Source: Candidatus Moraniibacteriota bacterium
GTDB lineage: Bacteria > Patescibacteriota > Minisyncoccia > Moranbacterales > GCA-2747515
Direction: 5' to 3'
Assembly (NCBI GenBank): GCA_942490825.1
Contig: CALNYG010000003.1
Span: 4,105 to 68,104 of the forward strand
Length of the DNA: 64,000 nt
Each line of letters opens with the position of its first letter. Position 1 is the first letter of the stretch. The position numbers and the translations under genes were made by a program. This document shows, piece by piece, positions 42,731-52,742 of the stretch. A model generated the notes under the pieces. That model had not been told where the DNA came from. It saw only the letters and a program-made list of their open reading frames with translations, and did not search any database.

Positions 42731-43519
42731 ATGCCAAAATGTATTTACAGAAAAAAACAATATTTTGAAAATCTATTTGATAACGTAAGTAATGACATTG
42801 ACAAAATATTTCAAAGCTATAGAACACTTAATGATATTTATAAAACTTCATTAGATAATTTAAAACAAACATTAGAGTTAACTCAATATCAAAGAGAAAA
42901 ATTTGAAAATAACCTAAAAATGTTTGAAAATATTTCTATTAAAGTTGATCTGAAACAAAAAGAAATAAGCTCTCAATTATATGAACAAGGATTGGTTTTA
43001 CTAGCAGGTTCAAGTGAGTCTATTTTGAAGCAGGCTTTTAATAACTTAGTATTATTCAATTTAGAAAAAGTAAATAATCCAATGAAAAAAAGGATTAATT
43101 TTTGTTTTGACGATTTAAAAATGTTAAGTGAAGAAACTAAGACAATTGAAAGTATATTTTTATCTAAATTGCATGATGATAAAGATCCAACTGAAAAATT
43201 AAACTTTCAAAATGTTAATCAAATAAAGCAAATCTTTAAAAGTTATTTTGAATTGAATTTTATTGATGACGAAATATCGGTAGAACTTCACAAATATTGG
43301 CAAATTCGTCATATAATAATTCACAATGAAGGCAATGTAGATGAAAATTTTATAAATAATTTAAAAAAAGCAAACATTGATGTCAGCGATTATAAATTAG
43401 AAAGGCAAATTCATATAAGTGAAAATGAATATAATGCTTGTAAAAAAGTGTGTGAAAAGTTATTTAAATGTCTTGATGAAGATATTTATAATAAAGATTT
43501 ACGTAGTATAATTTTCTAA
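42731..43519 (+). CDS. Hypothetical protein with HEPN-like Rx4H motif
   Basis: 262 aa, predicted all-helical. WQIRHIIIHNEG (R-x4-H, nt 43307-43324) lies near the C-terminal third. Confidence 0.4.
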   Translation: MPKCIYRKKQYFENLFDNVSNDIDKIFQSYRTLNDIYKTSLDNLKQTLELTQYQREKFENNLKMFENISIKVDLKQKEISSQLYEQGLVLLAGSSESILKQAFNNLVLFNLEKVNNPMKKRINFCFDDLKMLSEETKTIESIFLSKLHDDKDPTEKLNFQNVNQIKQIFKSYFELNFIDDEISVELHKYWQIRHIIIHNEGNVDENFINNLKKANIDVSDYKLERQIHISENEYNACKKVCEKLFKCLDEDIYNKDLRSIIF

Positions 43520-43561
43520 ATTTTATGGTATAATAAATATACTTAAAAATAAAAAAATAAA

Positions 43562-44269
43562 ATGTCATTAATAGCATTAGATAAATTAACAAAAATATAC
43601 CCAAACGAATTTATAGCTCTAGCAGAAGTCTCTTGCAAAATAGGACAGGGAGAGTTTGTATCTTTAGTTGGTGCCAGTGGAGCAGGAAAATCAACCTTAT
43701 TAAAAATGATCTACGCCAGTGAGCGACCAACTTATGGGTCAGTATATTTCGGAGGACGAGACATCGCCAGCATTCCCGAGAGACTCTTACCATTTTATCG
43801 CCGAAACTTCGGGACTGTATTTCAAGACTTTAAATTATTGCCTAAAAAAACAGTTTTTGAAAACATAGCTTATGCTTTAGAAGTGCAGGTAAAGTCAAAC
43901 GCACAAATTCGTGAGGAAGTACCAAAAATAATAGAATTAGTTGGTATGGATGAACAAGCAAATAAGTATCCAGATCAAATCAGTGGTGGGGAAGCACAGC
44001 GTGTTGCTTTAGCGAGGGCCATAATTTCTAGACCACGAGTTCTTATTGCTGATGAGCCAACAGGAAATTTAGACCCACATGCAACAGATGAGATTATACG
44101 GCTTTTGATCAAAATTAATGAACTTGGAACAACTGTAATTCTAGCAACACACGATCAATCAATTGTAAATAGATTGCATAAACGAGTAATCGTACTTGAT
44201 GATGGTCGTATCGTTCGGGATGATGTTCAAAGTGGATATGATAGAAAAAATAATACAAATCAAATTTGA
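43562..44269 (+). CDS. ftsE: Cell division ABC ATPase FtsE
   Basis: GASGAGKST Walker A, SGGEAQR signature, LIADEPTGNLD Walker B. Followed by ftsX. Confidence 0.85.
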   Translation: MSLIALDKLTKIYPNEFIALAEVSCKIGQGEFVSLVGASGAGKSTLLKMIYASERPTYGSVYFGGRDIASIPERLLPFYRRNFGTVFQDFKLLPKKTVFENIAYALEVQVKSNAQIREEVPKIIELVGMDEQANKYPDQISGGEAQRVALARAIISRPRVLIADEPTGNLDPHATDEIIRLLIKINELGTTVILATHDQSIVNRLHKRVIVLDDGRIVRDDVQSGYDRKNNTNQI

Positions 44270-44281
44270 TAAATATAAAAT

Positions 44282-45205
44282 ATGAAAACACTTAAACTTT
44301 TCCGCACTTTTCATGAGGGCGCTCAAAATTTTCGTAGAGATAAATGGCTAACTGCTGTTACGGTGATGGTTATGAGTTTAGCTCTATATTTAATGGGGGT
44401 TTTTTTCTTTAGTGGATTCGGCATTTTGAATGTTATGAAGAGCATTGAAGATAGGATTAATATCAGTGCTGAGTTTGATTTTAATACTAGTGAAGAAGAT
44501 ATTTTGTCTATAAAACAAAGGATTGAAGAGATTGAAGAAGTTAAATTTGTAAATTATATTTCTCGGGAAAAAGCACTGGAGCAATTTATTGAAAAAAATA
44601 AAGATAATAAAAGTATCATGAGTGCCTTGGAAATGTCAAAAGATGTAAATCCTGACAATAATCCTTTCTATGCATCATTAGTAATTACTGCAAAGGATTT
44701 TCGTAACTATGATAAGATTGATGAATATTTAAAAAAAGAGTATAAAGATGAATTAGTCAAAACAAACTTTGAAAAAAATAGAGGTCAAATGGGGGAGTTT
44801 AATAAATATATTATTTTTATTAGAAATGCGAGCTTAGGACTTGGGATTATATTAATAGTCATTTCTGTTTTACTTAATCTTAACACTATTAGAATGAGTT
44901 TGTATGCGAATCGTAAAGAGTTTGAAATCATGCGATTAGTTGGTGCATCTAATTTATATGTAAAGTTACCAACAATTTTTGAAGGTCTTCTGTATGGCTT
45001 AACTAGTGCCCTTATTACAATCTTTGCTTTAATTATTACAGTATATAGTTCTGATCATTTTATTAAAAAAATGTTGCCAGATATTAGAATTGCTGATTTT
45101 TATACAAAACATATTATTGAAATTGCTTTAATAATAATTGTATTAGGGAGTGTCCTGGGGGTGATTAGTAGTTACATAAGTATTAGAAAATATTTAGAAA
45201 AATAA
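44282..45205 (+). CDS. ftsX: Cell division permease-like protein FtsX
   Basis: 4-TM topology with a large first extracytoplasmic loop. Lies immediately after ftsE. Confidence 0.8.
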   Translation: MKTLKLFRTFHEGAQNFRRDKWLTAVTVMVMSLALYLMGVFFFSGFGILNVMKSIEDRINISAEFDFNTSEEDILSIKQRIEEIEEVKFVNYISREKALEQFIEKNKDNKSIMSALEMSKDVNPDNNPFYASLVITAKDFRNYDKIDEYLKKEYKDELVKTNFEKNRGQMGEFNKYIIFIRNASLGLGIILIVISVLLNLNTIRMSLYANRKEFEIMRLVGASNLYVKLPTIFEGLLYGLTSALITIFALIITVYSSDHFIKKMLPDIRIADFYTKHIIEIALIIIVLGSVLGVISSYISIRKYLEK

Positions 45206-45512
45206 TAGAAATAAATAAAGGATAATAAGTATGCTTTATTTATTCTAAATTTAAAATAGATCTTAAGGATTGTGCGACGTTAACTTTTCTAATAAAATTT
45301 TATGCCACATTTAAATTATTATTTAGATTATTGTGCTGAAGCTTTTATTGTTTTTGAAAATAAAGTTCTTTTACGGATTCATGATAAATATGACATTTGG
45401 TTAAGTGTTAGTGGTCCATATCGAACCAAATGAAGATCCTAATGTAGCTATCAAAAGAGAAATTTTAGAAGAGATTGGTTTAAATGACATGGAAATTTTT
45501 ACAAAAAATAAT

Positions 45513-46285
45513 GGTATTGCTACCAAACTATAGATAATGTAAAATGAATAGGTAATTAAATACCTAAAAACAAAAAAATGAAAATTAAATGCCCTCATTG
45601 CAATAATAAGAATTATGTTAAAAATGGTAAAGTAAATAAAAAACAAAGATATCTATGTAAAGAATGTAGCTATAACTTTTCTAGATTTACAAAAAGAGGA
45701 AAACCTAAAGAAATTAAGAAAAAAGCAATTGAAATGTATTTAGAGGGACTAGGATTTAGATCAATAGGAAGAATACTGAAAGTTAGTAACGTTAGTATAT
45801 TAAGATGGGTAAAAAAAGCAACTAAAAAATTAAGGAATATTTTAAAAAGTAAAAAAGAAGTAAAATATTGGAAAATAGAAAAAATGGAATTAGATGAAAT
45901 GTGGCATTTTGTGTTAAAAAAAAGAAAAAAGCCTGGATTTGGCTTGCAGTTGATAGATCTAGTAAAATAATAATTGATTTCGTGATAGGGACAAGAGGTG
46001 AAAAAACTGGAAGAAAATTATGGGACAAAATCAAAAAAATTGATTGCGATAAATACTGTTCAGATCATTGGGATGTTTATAAAAAATTTTTACCAAAAGA
46101 TAAGCACATTCAAACAAAAGCAGAGACTTTTACAGTTGAAGGAATGAATAATCAATTAAGACATTATATAGCAAGATTTCATAGGAAAACTCATTGTTAT
46201 TCTAAAAGTATTGAAATGGTTGAATATACAATCTTGCTATTCATGCACAGAGAAATTGCTATTTCTATATTTGAGTAGCAATACC
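45513..46285 (+). mobile_element. IS1-family insertion sequence, copy 2 (apparently intact)
   Basis: 773 bp with IRs GGTATTGCTAC. The 8-bp target duplication AAAATAAT is at 45505-45512 and 46286-46293. Confidence 0.9.
45578..46278 (+). CDS. IS1 transposase InsA / InsAB' (programmed -1 frameshift expected)
   Basis: InsA-like Zn finger CPHC...CKEC plus HTH. The overlapping -1 frame encodes the DDE part (WIWLAVDRSS...DHWDVYKKF...). The frames overlap at the A8GA6 run 45916-45930. Confidence 0.85.
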
Positions 46286-47148
46286 AAAATAATATGTCTT
46301 TTTTAGACGCAGAAAATTATAAATTCTAATTCAACCACAGTTCCATATATAGGCATAAAATAACTGAAACCCATGATCATTTAGCTATGGTATTTTTTGT
46401 TAAAGCAAGAACAGATAAACTGAAACTGTCAGAAAATAAAGAAGTTTCTGCAGAATGTAAATAGTTTACTAAAGAAGAATTAAATTCAAATAAATATTCA
46501 ATAAAAAAGATTTAAATATATGGCTTCAGAAGCATTAAAAGCTTTAGATAAATCTTAACTAATGGATATAATAATTTATCTAAAAAACTTAACAAAAACT
46601 ATTTAATCTATTTTAAATAAGCCCAATGTCTTAAAATGTAGATTGTGCGACATGGTGTATATTTTAAACCAAGCTATACAAATATATATAAAAAATAATA
46701 AAAACTTTATTTAGCTATGCATTTATATATAAATTTCAATAGCTTTTATCAATGAATTTATTTAAACTCAGAAACTCTCTATAGTTACTATTTATATTAT
46801 AATTTTTTCATATTATTCAAATGAAATTCCTAAGCTTATAAAGTTACCTATTATTAAATTTAAAATATCAATATTTTCTTCGACAATTTCTTGTTTAGAT
46901 TTACCCTTAGTTATGCTTATGAAAGTCCTCCTAATTCTTTAATAATTAAATTTAAAATAAATTCATAGATTTATTATTAGTTTCTTTCATCTAAAATTTA
47001 TCATGAAAGTTTTGGATAGTCATTACAATATTTTTTCATACGCTCTATATTTATTATTTAATATAATTTAATTAAAAAATAGCACGTCGCACAATCTAGA
47101 AAAAGTTTTTACTAATTTTTCAAATATTTTTGTAATTTACTATTCTAC

Positions 47149-48072
47149 TTAATACACGATTTCAACTTCTTCTTTCAATTGAACATCGAACTCGTCTCTC
47201 ACTCGCATTTTTGCCATGGAAACTAATTGCAAGACCTGATCATAATTTCCTTCACCTAAATTTATAAAATAATTAGCTTGATTTTCTCCTGTAGTAATAT
47301 TACCAATTTTCTTTCCTTGCATTCCTGCTTTATCTAATAACCAACCAGCCGGCACTCTTCCCTTAATACACTTAGTGTTTTTTTCTTGTTCGAATATTTG
47401 TTGAACTCGTTTACTAGCCACTGGGTTTGCAAAAAATGAACCTGCTGTTTTTACGTTCTGCAATTGCAAGCTGTTTCTTTTTTCTATAATTTCTTTCATG
47501 ATTTTTTTAGACTCTTCTTTATTTCCAATTTCTAATTTGAAAGTTGCTTTTAAAATTATCCAGTTTTTGTCTTTTTTGAAAAGGCTATTTCGATATTCAA
47601 GTTCACATTTTTCTTTTGAAAAAGTTTTGACCTCACCTGTTTCTATATTTAAAGCTTCTGCCTGAGTGATTACATTTATTATTTCTGTTCCAAATGCTCC
47701 GGCGTTTCCTCGGACTGCCCCACCGACTGTTCCGGGAATTCCAAATAGTTTCTCCATTCCTGTGAGGTTTTGTTCAACAGTTAAATTTACTAGTTGACTA
47801 AGCATCGTTCCAGCTCCTGCAGTGACTTCTAAAGTATTAAATTCAATTTCTCTAATATCTATTTTTATTACCAAACCATCAAATCCTAGATCAGTAAATA
47901 AAACGTTACTTCCTCCTGCTAAAATAAAATATTTTAAGTTTTTTTCTTTAGCAAAATTTAAAGCTTCTTTTAATTCATTAACATTTTTTACTGTAACAAA
48001 ATATCGTGCTTCCCCACCGATGTTAAAAGTATTGTATTTTTTTAATGAAATATTTTCTTGAATATTTAACAT
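47149..48072 (-). CDS. murB: UDP-N-acetylenolpyruvoylglucosamine reductase
   Basis: NTFNIGGEARYF, ILAGGSNVLF and GIPGTVGGAVRGNAGAFG blocks. Confidence 0.85.
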   Translation of the reverse strand: MLNIQENISLKKYNTFNIGGEARYFVTVKNVNELKEALNFAKEKNLKYFILAGGSNVLFTDLGFDGLVIKIDIREIEFNTLEVTAGAGTMLSQLVNLTVEQNLTGMEKLFGIPGTVGGAVRGNAGAFGTEIINVITQAEALNIETGEVKTFSKEKCELEYRNSLFKKDKNWIILKATFKLEIGNKEESKKIMKEIIEKRNSLQLQNVKTAGSFFANPVASKRVQQIFEQEKNTKCIKGRVPAGWLLDKAGMQGKKIGNITTGENQANYFINLGEGNYDQVLQLVSMAKMRVRDEFDVQLKEEVEIVY

Positions 48073-48275
48073 AAGTCTTATTTTATTTTTTAATATTTTT
48101 TCTAAACTTTTTGATACATTGCACTACATTATTTTCTTAGTACTTTCTTTAAGAATGTTTAACAAAAATACAATTTATTAGTATGTTTTTTACTTTATAA
48201 ATTTTTCCTTATAAGTATTTTAATCTTTAAAAAGTGGTAGGTACTGCATAAAAAAATAATTTAATATAATTAAAA

Positions 48276-49649
48276 TTATTCCTCAGTAATATCATCTTTA
48301 ATCAAATCATAAACTTTATAAATATCACCAGCTCCTAACGTTACAAAAACCTCATCTTTGGTTAATTTTTCTTTCATAAATTTAGCTAGTTCTTCGATGT
48401 CTTTTAAATTATGAGCTTTATTTTGAATACCTTGATTAATTTCATCAACTAAATCTTGAGAAGAAATACCTCCTTGTTCTTCTCGAGCACTGCCATAAAT
48501 ATCTAAGATAATTACCTCACTAGCAATATCTAACATTCTTGCAAATCCCTCCAGCAAAGCCTTTGTTCGTGAAAAAGTATGAGGATGAAAAGCTGCTACA
48601 ATACGTTTATTTAGAAAAGTTTCTCGTAAGGTATTTAAAGTTGCTCTAATCTCTTCAGGATGGTGTGCATAATCATCATAAAGCAAAGTTCCATTTAAAT
48701 CACCTATTTTTTCTAATCTTCGCTTTGTGCCCAAAAAATTAGCTACACCTTGATTACTTAGTTCAGTGTATCCAGTTAATACAAAAGACATCACCCAGCT
48801 CGCCACTGCATTTAAAGCGTTATGTAAGCCAAGTAAATTTATTGTGATTTCATATTCTTTATTTTCGTAAGTAAACTTGATTTTTTGTTTGTCCTTAATT
48901 AGTTTACGTTCTGTAATATGAACATCAACACTATGCTTTGTTCCATAAGTAATAACCTTACAGTTTGCTTTTCGTGCTATATCAATAACATCACGGTCAT
49001 CTCCAAAAGCCACTAAAAATCCATCTGATGAAATTCGTTTTACAAAATCAATAAAAGCTTTTTTATATTCATCAAAATCTTTAAAAAAATCTGGATGATC
49101 AAAATCAATACTGGTTAAAATTGCATAATTTGGATGATAATGTGCCAGTTTATTTTGATATTCATCTGCTTCAATAATTAAAAATTCATCTCCTCCTTTA
49201 TGAAATCCACCTAGAGACCATCCTATGACAGGAGCACCAACAATGACTGTAGGATCTTTTTGACAAGATATTAAAGCATGTGCTGTGAATCCAGTAGTAG
49301 TTGTTTTTCCATGTGTTCCGCATACTGCAATTGTATAAAATTCTTTTGTTACTTTTCCTAGTGCTTCAGGATAAGATACTAATTTTATATTTCTTTTTTT
49401 AATTTCAGCAATCTCCAAATTCGAATCATTGAAAGCAGTTGAATAAACCGCAAAATCAATTTCTTTTGGAATGTTCTCTATAGCAAAAATTTTAAAAATT
49501 TTAATACCTTCTTTTTGTAATGGAGTATCATAAAAACCATCTCCATCATCTGAACCGCTAACATTATAGCCTCTTGATTTATAAAATTGTGCTAATGCGG
49601 ATGTTCCCGCTCCACCTATTCCAATTATGTAAATATTTAATTTTTTCAT
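48276..49649 (-). CDS. murC: UDP-N-acetylmuramate-L-alanine ligase
   Basis: IGIGGAGTSALAQ, SGSD and GTHGKTTTT blocks. 457 aa. Confidence 0.85.
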   Translation of the reverse strand: MKKLNIYIIGIGGAGTSALAQFYKSRGYNVSGSDDGDGFYDTPLQKEGIKIFKIFAIENIPKEIDFAVYSTAFNDSNLEIAEIKKRNIKLVSYPEALGKVTKEFYTIAVCGTHGKTTTTGFTAHALISCQKDPTVIVGAPVIGWSLGGFHKGGDEFLIIEADEYQNKLAHYHPNYAILTSIDFDHPDFFKDFDEYKKAFIDFVKRISSDGFLVAFGDDRDVIDIARKANCKVITYGTKHSVDVHITERKLIKDKQKIKFTYENKEYEITINLLGLHNALNAVASWVMSFVLTGYTELSNQGVANFLGTKRRLEKIGDLNGTLLYDDYAHHPEEIRATLNTLRETFLNKRIVAAFHPHTFSRTKALLEGFARMLDIASEVIILDIYGSAREEQGGISSQDLVDEINQGIQNKAHNLKDIEELAKFMKEKLTKDEVFVTLGAGDIYKVYDLIKDDITEE

Positions 49650-50067
49650 GTTTATTTTTTTAATATAATGATCTGTATCTCATTATACTATTTAAATGAA
49701 GTTTTTTCAATTGCACTAATATTACCTACTTTTCTTTTTAAAGTGGGACATTTTGTTAAAATAACAGAGAAAGAATAGGGAGTATGGATAACATCTACAA
49801 AAAATCATTAAAAATTAATTTCCAGAAATGAAAAGTTTAACTTTAGATTATGATAAGAAATATATTTAAGTTGTACAAAATAAATGTAATCAAAGATATA
49901 TAAAATGTTTAAGTTGTCTAATTCCAATTGAAAGTTTAGAGAAAGAGAAGGAACACTTGCACATTTATAGAAAGTCTAAAAAATAAAATGTTATATTTGA
50001 CTATTGCTGTTAGGTTAAAAATGTATTATAATGTATAGCATAAAATCAAAACAAAGAAAAAATAAAT

Positions 50068-50628
50068 ATGGACTCAAATGAATTAAAAAAAGATTATAAC
50101 ACTCGTCCGACTATTGATATTGATAATTTTAGCAAAAGCCAAAAAAGTCAAAAAGTTTCAATTAAGACAAGAGAAGATGTAGAATCTAGTATAGACATTG
50201 CTGATTGGATTAGAAAAGGAACTAAAGAAAGGGTTCCTTTAAACTTTATGGATTCTGAAGAAATAGGTATTTTTGGTAATAAGGAATTTAGTGAGGATTG
50301 GATTAATTCTCTGCTTAGAAAAGCTTTTTTAGGTGAAAATAAGACTGATGGAATGTTATTCGATTTATTTTATTTTAAGGACAATGGTGCGTTAATGTAT
50401 GTATTAGTGGATCCTTATAAAATAGATTCTGTTGTTGGCGATGATGATGATCAGATAGATAGACTGAACCCTGTTGAGCTAATGCATAAAGTTAGTACTA
50501 AACTTATTGAAGAAGTTGGTTTTCATGAAGTTTTTTCTGGAGGTAAACATTCTGATAAAATAAAAGATTATTTGAAACTTTATAAGCAAATTGAAAATGC
50601 AAGAAAGAATGTAGATATTTTTGAGTAA
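50068..50628 (+). CDS. Hypothetical protein
   Basis: 186-aa ORF with no motif recognised. Confidence 0.4.
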   Translation: MDSNELKKDYNTRPTIDIDNFSKSQKSQKVSIKTREDVESSIDIADWIRKGTKERVPLNFMDSEEIGIFGNKEFSEDWINSLLRKAFLGENKTDGMLFDLFYFKDNGALMYVLVDPYKIDSVVGDDDDQIDRLNPVELMHKVSTKLIEEVGFHEVFSGGKHSDKIKDYLKLYKQIENARKNVDIFE

Positions 50629-50830
50629 TTTTCACAACACAATTTTAAAAATTAAAAAACTCTTTTCGTTTAGAAAGGAGTTTTTTTAGAAACGTAATTT
50701 TATAAAAGTTTTTTTATTTGTAAATTTAAAAGATGAGACTTTTTTTAAAAGAGTTCTACATTTCTTTTCTAATTCGTCAAATTATAAGTCACAACTAAAA
50801 AACTATTAATTTACATTATTAAATACTAGC

Positions 50831-50903
50831 AAACGGCAAAAGATCCTGCTGAAAATAAAACAGGATCTAATTTTTGTGGTAGGTTTTGGTAGAAAGTTAA
50901 CAT
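50831..50903 (-). pseudogene. Copy of the first ~24 codons of lgt (no continuation)
   Basis: 73 nt identical, except for one base, to 52666-52738 (the true lgt 5' end). Its ATG overlaps the stop of paralog 2 (TAATG). Confidence 0.8.
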
Positions 50904-51700
50904 TAGTAAACTTTTACAGATTCAACCAAATTAATGAAATCTTTTTCACTTATTTCTGGTAATTCATTATTTGAACCAAAAGCAAAATTTAATCCAGACA
51001 ATTTTTCATTTTTTTCTAAATTACAAATAGCATAATAAACTTTACCATCAAACCATTCTTTTGATGTAGAATAGGCACACATATTTGAAGAAGATACTTT
51101 ATAAGTATCTTTTGAGCTAGATAAATCAATAATTATTTTTTTTGAATTGTTAGGATAAGATGATTTAATTTTAAATCCTTGTGGATCAATCAAAGAGCCA
51201 CCTCTTTCGGGACCATTTACCCAATAATCATTATGCAATCCCCCTAAATATGCATTTTTCAAATTGGAAAAAACAAAATATTCTGATTTATTAGAGCCAT
51301 CAAATTTAGACTTATTAACCTCACCCCAATTTTTAGGATAATCAAAAGAAATGCCTAATTCATCATTTTTATAAGTAATTAATTCTTCAGTATTCTCACT
51401 TGGAGTAGTATTATTAACTGTCACCTCATCTTTTTTTATTTCAACATTTTCAGCAACTTTTCCTTCAACCTCTTCCTTAATCACAACATCCCTAACTTTA
51501 GCCTGATCATTCATTTCCTCAAACTTATTCATCTGATCTTGCAAATCATTAGTCCTTTGTTCTAAAAGTTGATTATTATGCCAAAACCACGCAACTAAAG
51601 ATACCAATCCAATGATAACTAAAACCACTATTATACTTATAAACTTATGCATTGCAGAACTCAAAAAAGTTCCCACTTTGCTCGGAGTATTTTCTTCCAT
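50903..51700 (-). CDS. Membrane-anchored protein, MEENTPSKV-family paralog 2
   Basis: The first ~76 aa differ from paralog 3 at only 4 positions. The C-terminal domain is unrelated. Confidence 0.6.
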   Translation of the reverse strand: MEENTPSKVGTFLSSAMHKFISIIVVLVIIGLVSLVAWFWHNNQLLEQRTNDLQDQMNKFEEMNDQAKVRDVVIKEEVEGKVAENVEIKKDEVTVNNTTPSENTEELITYKNDELGISFDYPKNWGEVNKSKFDGSNKSEYFVFSNLKNAYLGGLHNDYWVNGPERGGSLIDPQGFKIKSSYPNNSKKIIIDLSSSKDTYKVSSSNMCAYSTSKEWFDGKVYYAICNLEKNEKLSGLNFAFGSNNELPEISEKDFINLVESVKVY

Positions 51701-51749
51701 TTTTTTTACTTTTAATTTATTTATTAGACTTTTTAAAAAACCTGCCCTG

Positions 51750-51835
51750 TGTCATTTCGACTGGAGCGTAGCGGAACAGAGAAATCTCAAAGTATCAGAA
51801 AAAAACAGGGTTTTGAGGTTTCTCGACTTTGCCAT
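51750..51835. repeat. R2 element variant b, right half degenerate
   Basis: TGTCATTTCGACTGGAGCGTAGCGGAACAGAGAAATCTCAAAG ... TTTTGAGGTTTCTCGAC. Confidence 0.65.
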
Positions 51836-51907
51836 CACTACACTCGAGAAGATAATTAGAAGTTTTAAGAAGTTTGTTAAACTTAGATTTATTATAGCAA
51901 TAAAAAA

Positions 51908-52738
51908 TTACTTTGAAAAATATTTTGATTTCTTCAAAATAATAAAACTTAATATTGCTCCCACAAAAAACATTCCTAAAGACAAAACCTGTCCCATACT
52001 TAAATTCAAAAACACAAAACCTAAATGTTCATCAGGCTGTCTAAAAAATTCAATGACAAAACGAACCGCTGGATATAACATTAAATATAAACCACTCAAT
52101 ATTCCTTTCGGAAGTTTTTTATTTCGCAAAGACCAGAGAATTATAAAAATAAACAAGCCCTCTCCAAAAGCTTCATATAATTGAGACGGATGCCGTAAAA
52201 AGTTATCTTCATTGAAATACATTCCCCAAGGTTTTTCAGTTGCTCGTCCAACTAATTCACTGTTGAAAAAATTTCCTAATCTGCCAAAAAGAAAGCCTAA
52301 CGGAAAAGCTGGAACGATAAAATCCACCAATTCAAAAAAATCTTTTTTGTATCTGCGAACTGTCCACAATAAAGCTAAAATAACTCCGATTATTCCGCCG
52401 TGATAACTCATCCCGTAAATACCTGTCCACTCTCCTGAAGTGAAGTTATAAGGTGAAATTACTTCTAAAGGTCGACTGACAAAATAAGCAAAATCGTAGA
52501 ATAAAATGTAACCTAATCGTCCACCAATCAAAGCTCCAATAAATCCATTGAGCAACACATCTTGAATAAAATTTATTGTATATTTAGTTTCTTTTTTCTT
52601 AATTCTCCAAACTAGCAATAAATATGTCACTACTAAAACCATCAGCCACATTACTGAATACCAGTAAACGGCAAAAGATCCTGCTGAAAATAAAACAGGA
52701 TCTAATTTTTGCGGTAGGTTTTGGTAGAAAGTTAACAT
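51908..52738 (-). CDS. lgt: Prolipoprotein diacylglyceryl transferase
   Basis: YGMSYHGGIIG, GRLGNFFNSELVG, PWG and RHPSQLYEAFGEG blocks. Confidence 0.85.
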   Translation of the reverse strand: MLTFYQNLPQKLDPVLFSAGSFAVYWYSVMWLMVLVVTYLLLVWRIKKKETKYTINFIQDVLLNGFIGALIGGRLGYILFYDFAYFVSRPLEVISPYNFTSGEWTGIYGMSYHGGIIGVILALLWTVRRYKKDFFELVDFIVPAFPLGFLFGRLGNFFNSELVGRATEKPWGMYFNEDNFLRHPSQLYEAFGEGLFIFIILWSLRNKKLPKGILSGLYLMLYPAVRFVIEFFRQPDEHLGFVFLNLSMGQVLSLGMFFVGAILSFIILKKSKYFSK

Positions 52739-52742
52739 TATT

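Larger units (their letters stand above)
45302..46558 (+). pseudogene. NUDIX hydrolase pseudogene interrupted by IS1 copy 2
   Basis: The Nudix box (G)HIEPNEDPNVAIKREILEEIGL is readable only after a frameshift at about 45412. The IS is inserted at 45513. Downstream there are in-frame TAA and TAG stops, the TAG replacing the expected Trp in ...ECK*FTKEEL. Confidence 0.7.

Noticed and set aside
31946-46285. Composite transposon formed by the two directly oriented IS1 copies, which bracket 12.8 kb that includes tRNA-Gln, truB and ftsEX
   Set aside because: Each copy has its own matching 8-bp target duplication (CTTTTTTT and AAAATAAT), which indicates two independent insertions. The enclosed genes are core housekeeping genes.
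46803-46935. Minus-strand AGGAGG followed by a 35-codon frame (ISITKGKSKQEIVEENIDILNLIIGNFISLGISFE) in the ORF-free island
   Set aside because: The codon at the expected start position is ATA, not a usual initiator. At best it may be the remnant of a dead small gene.
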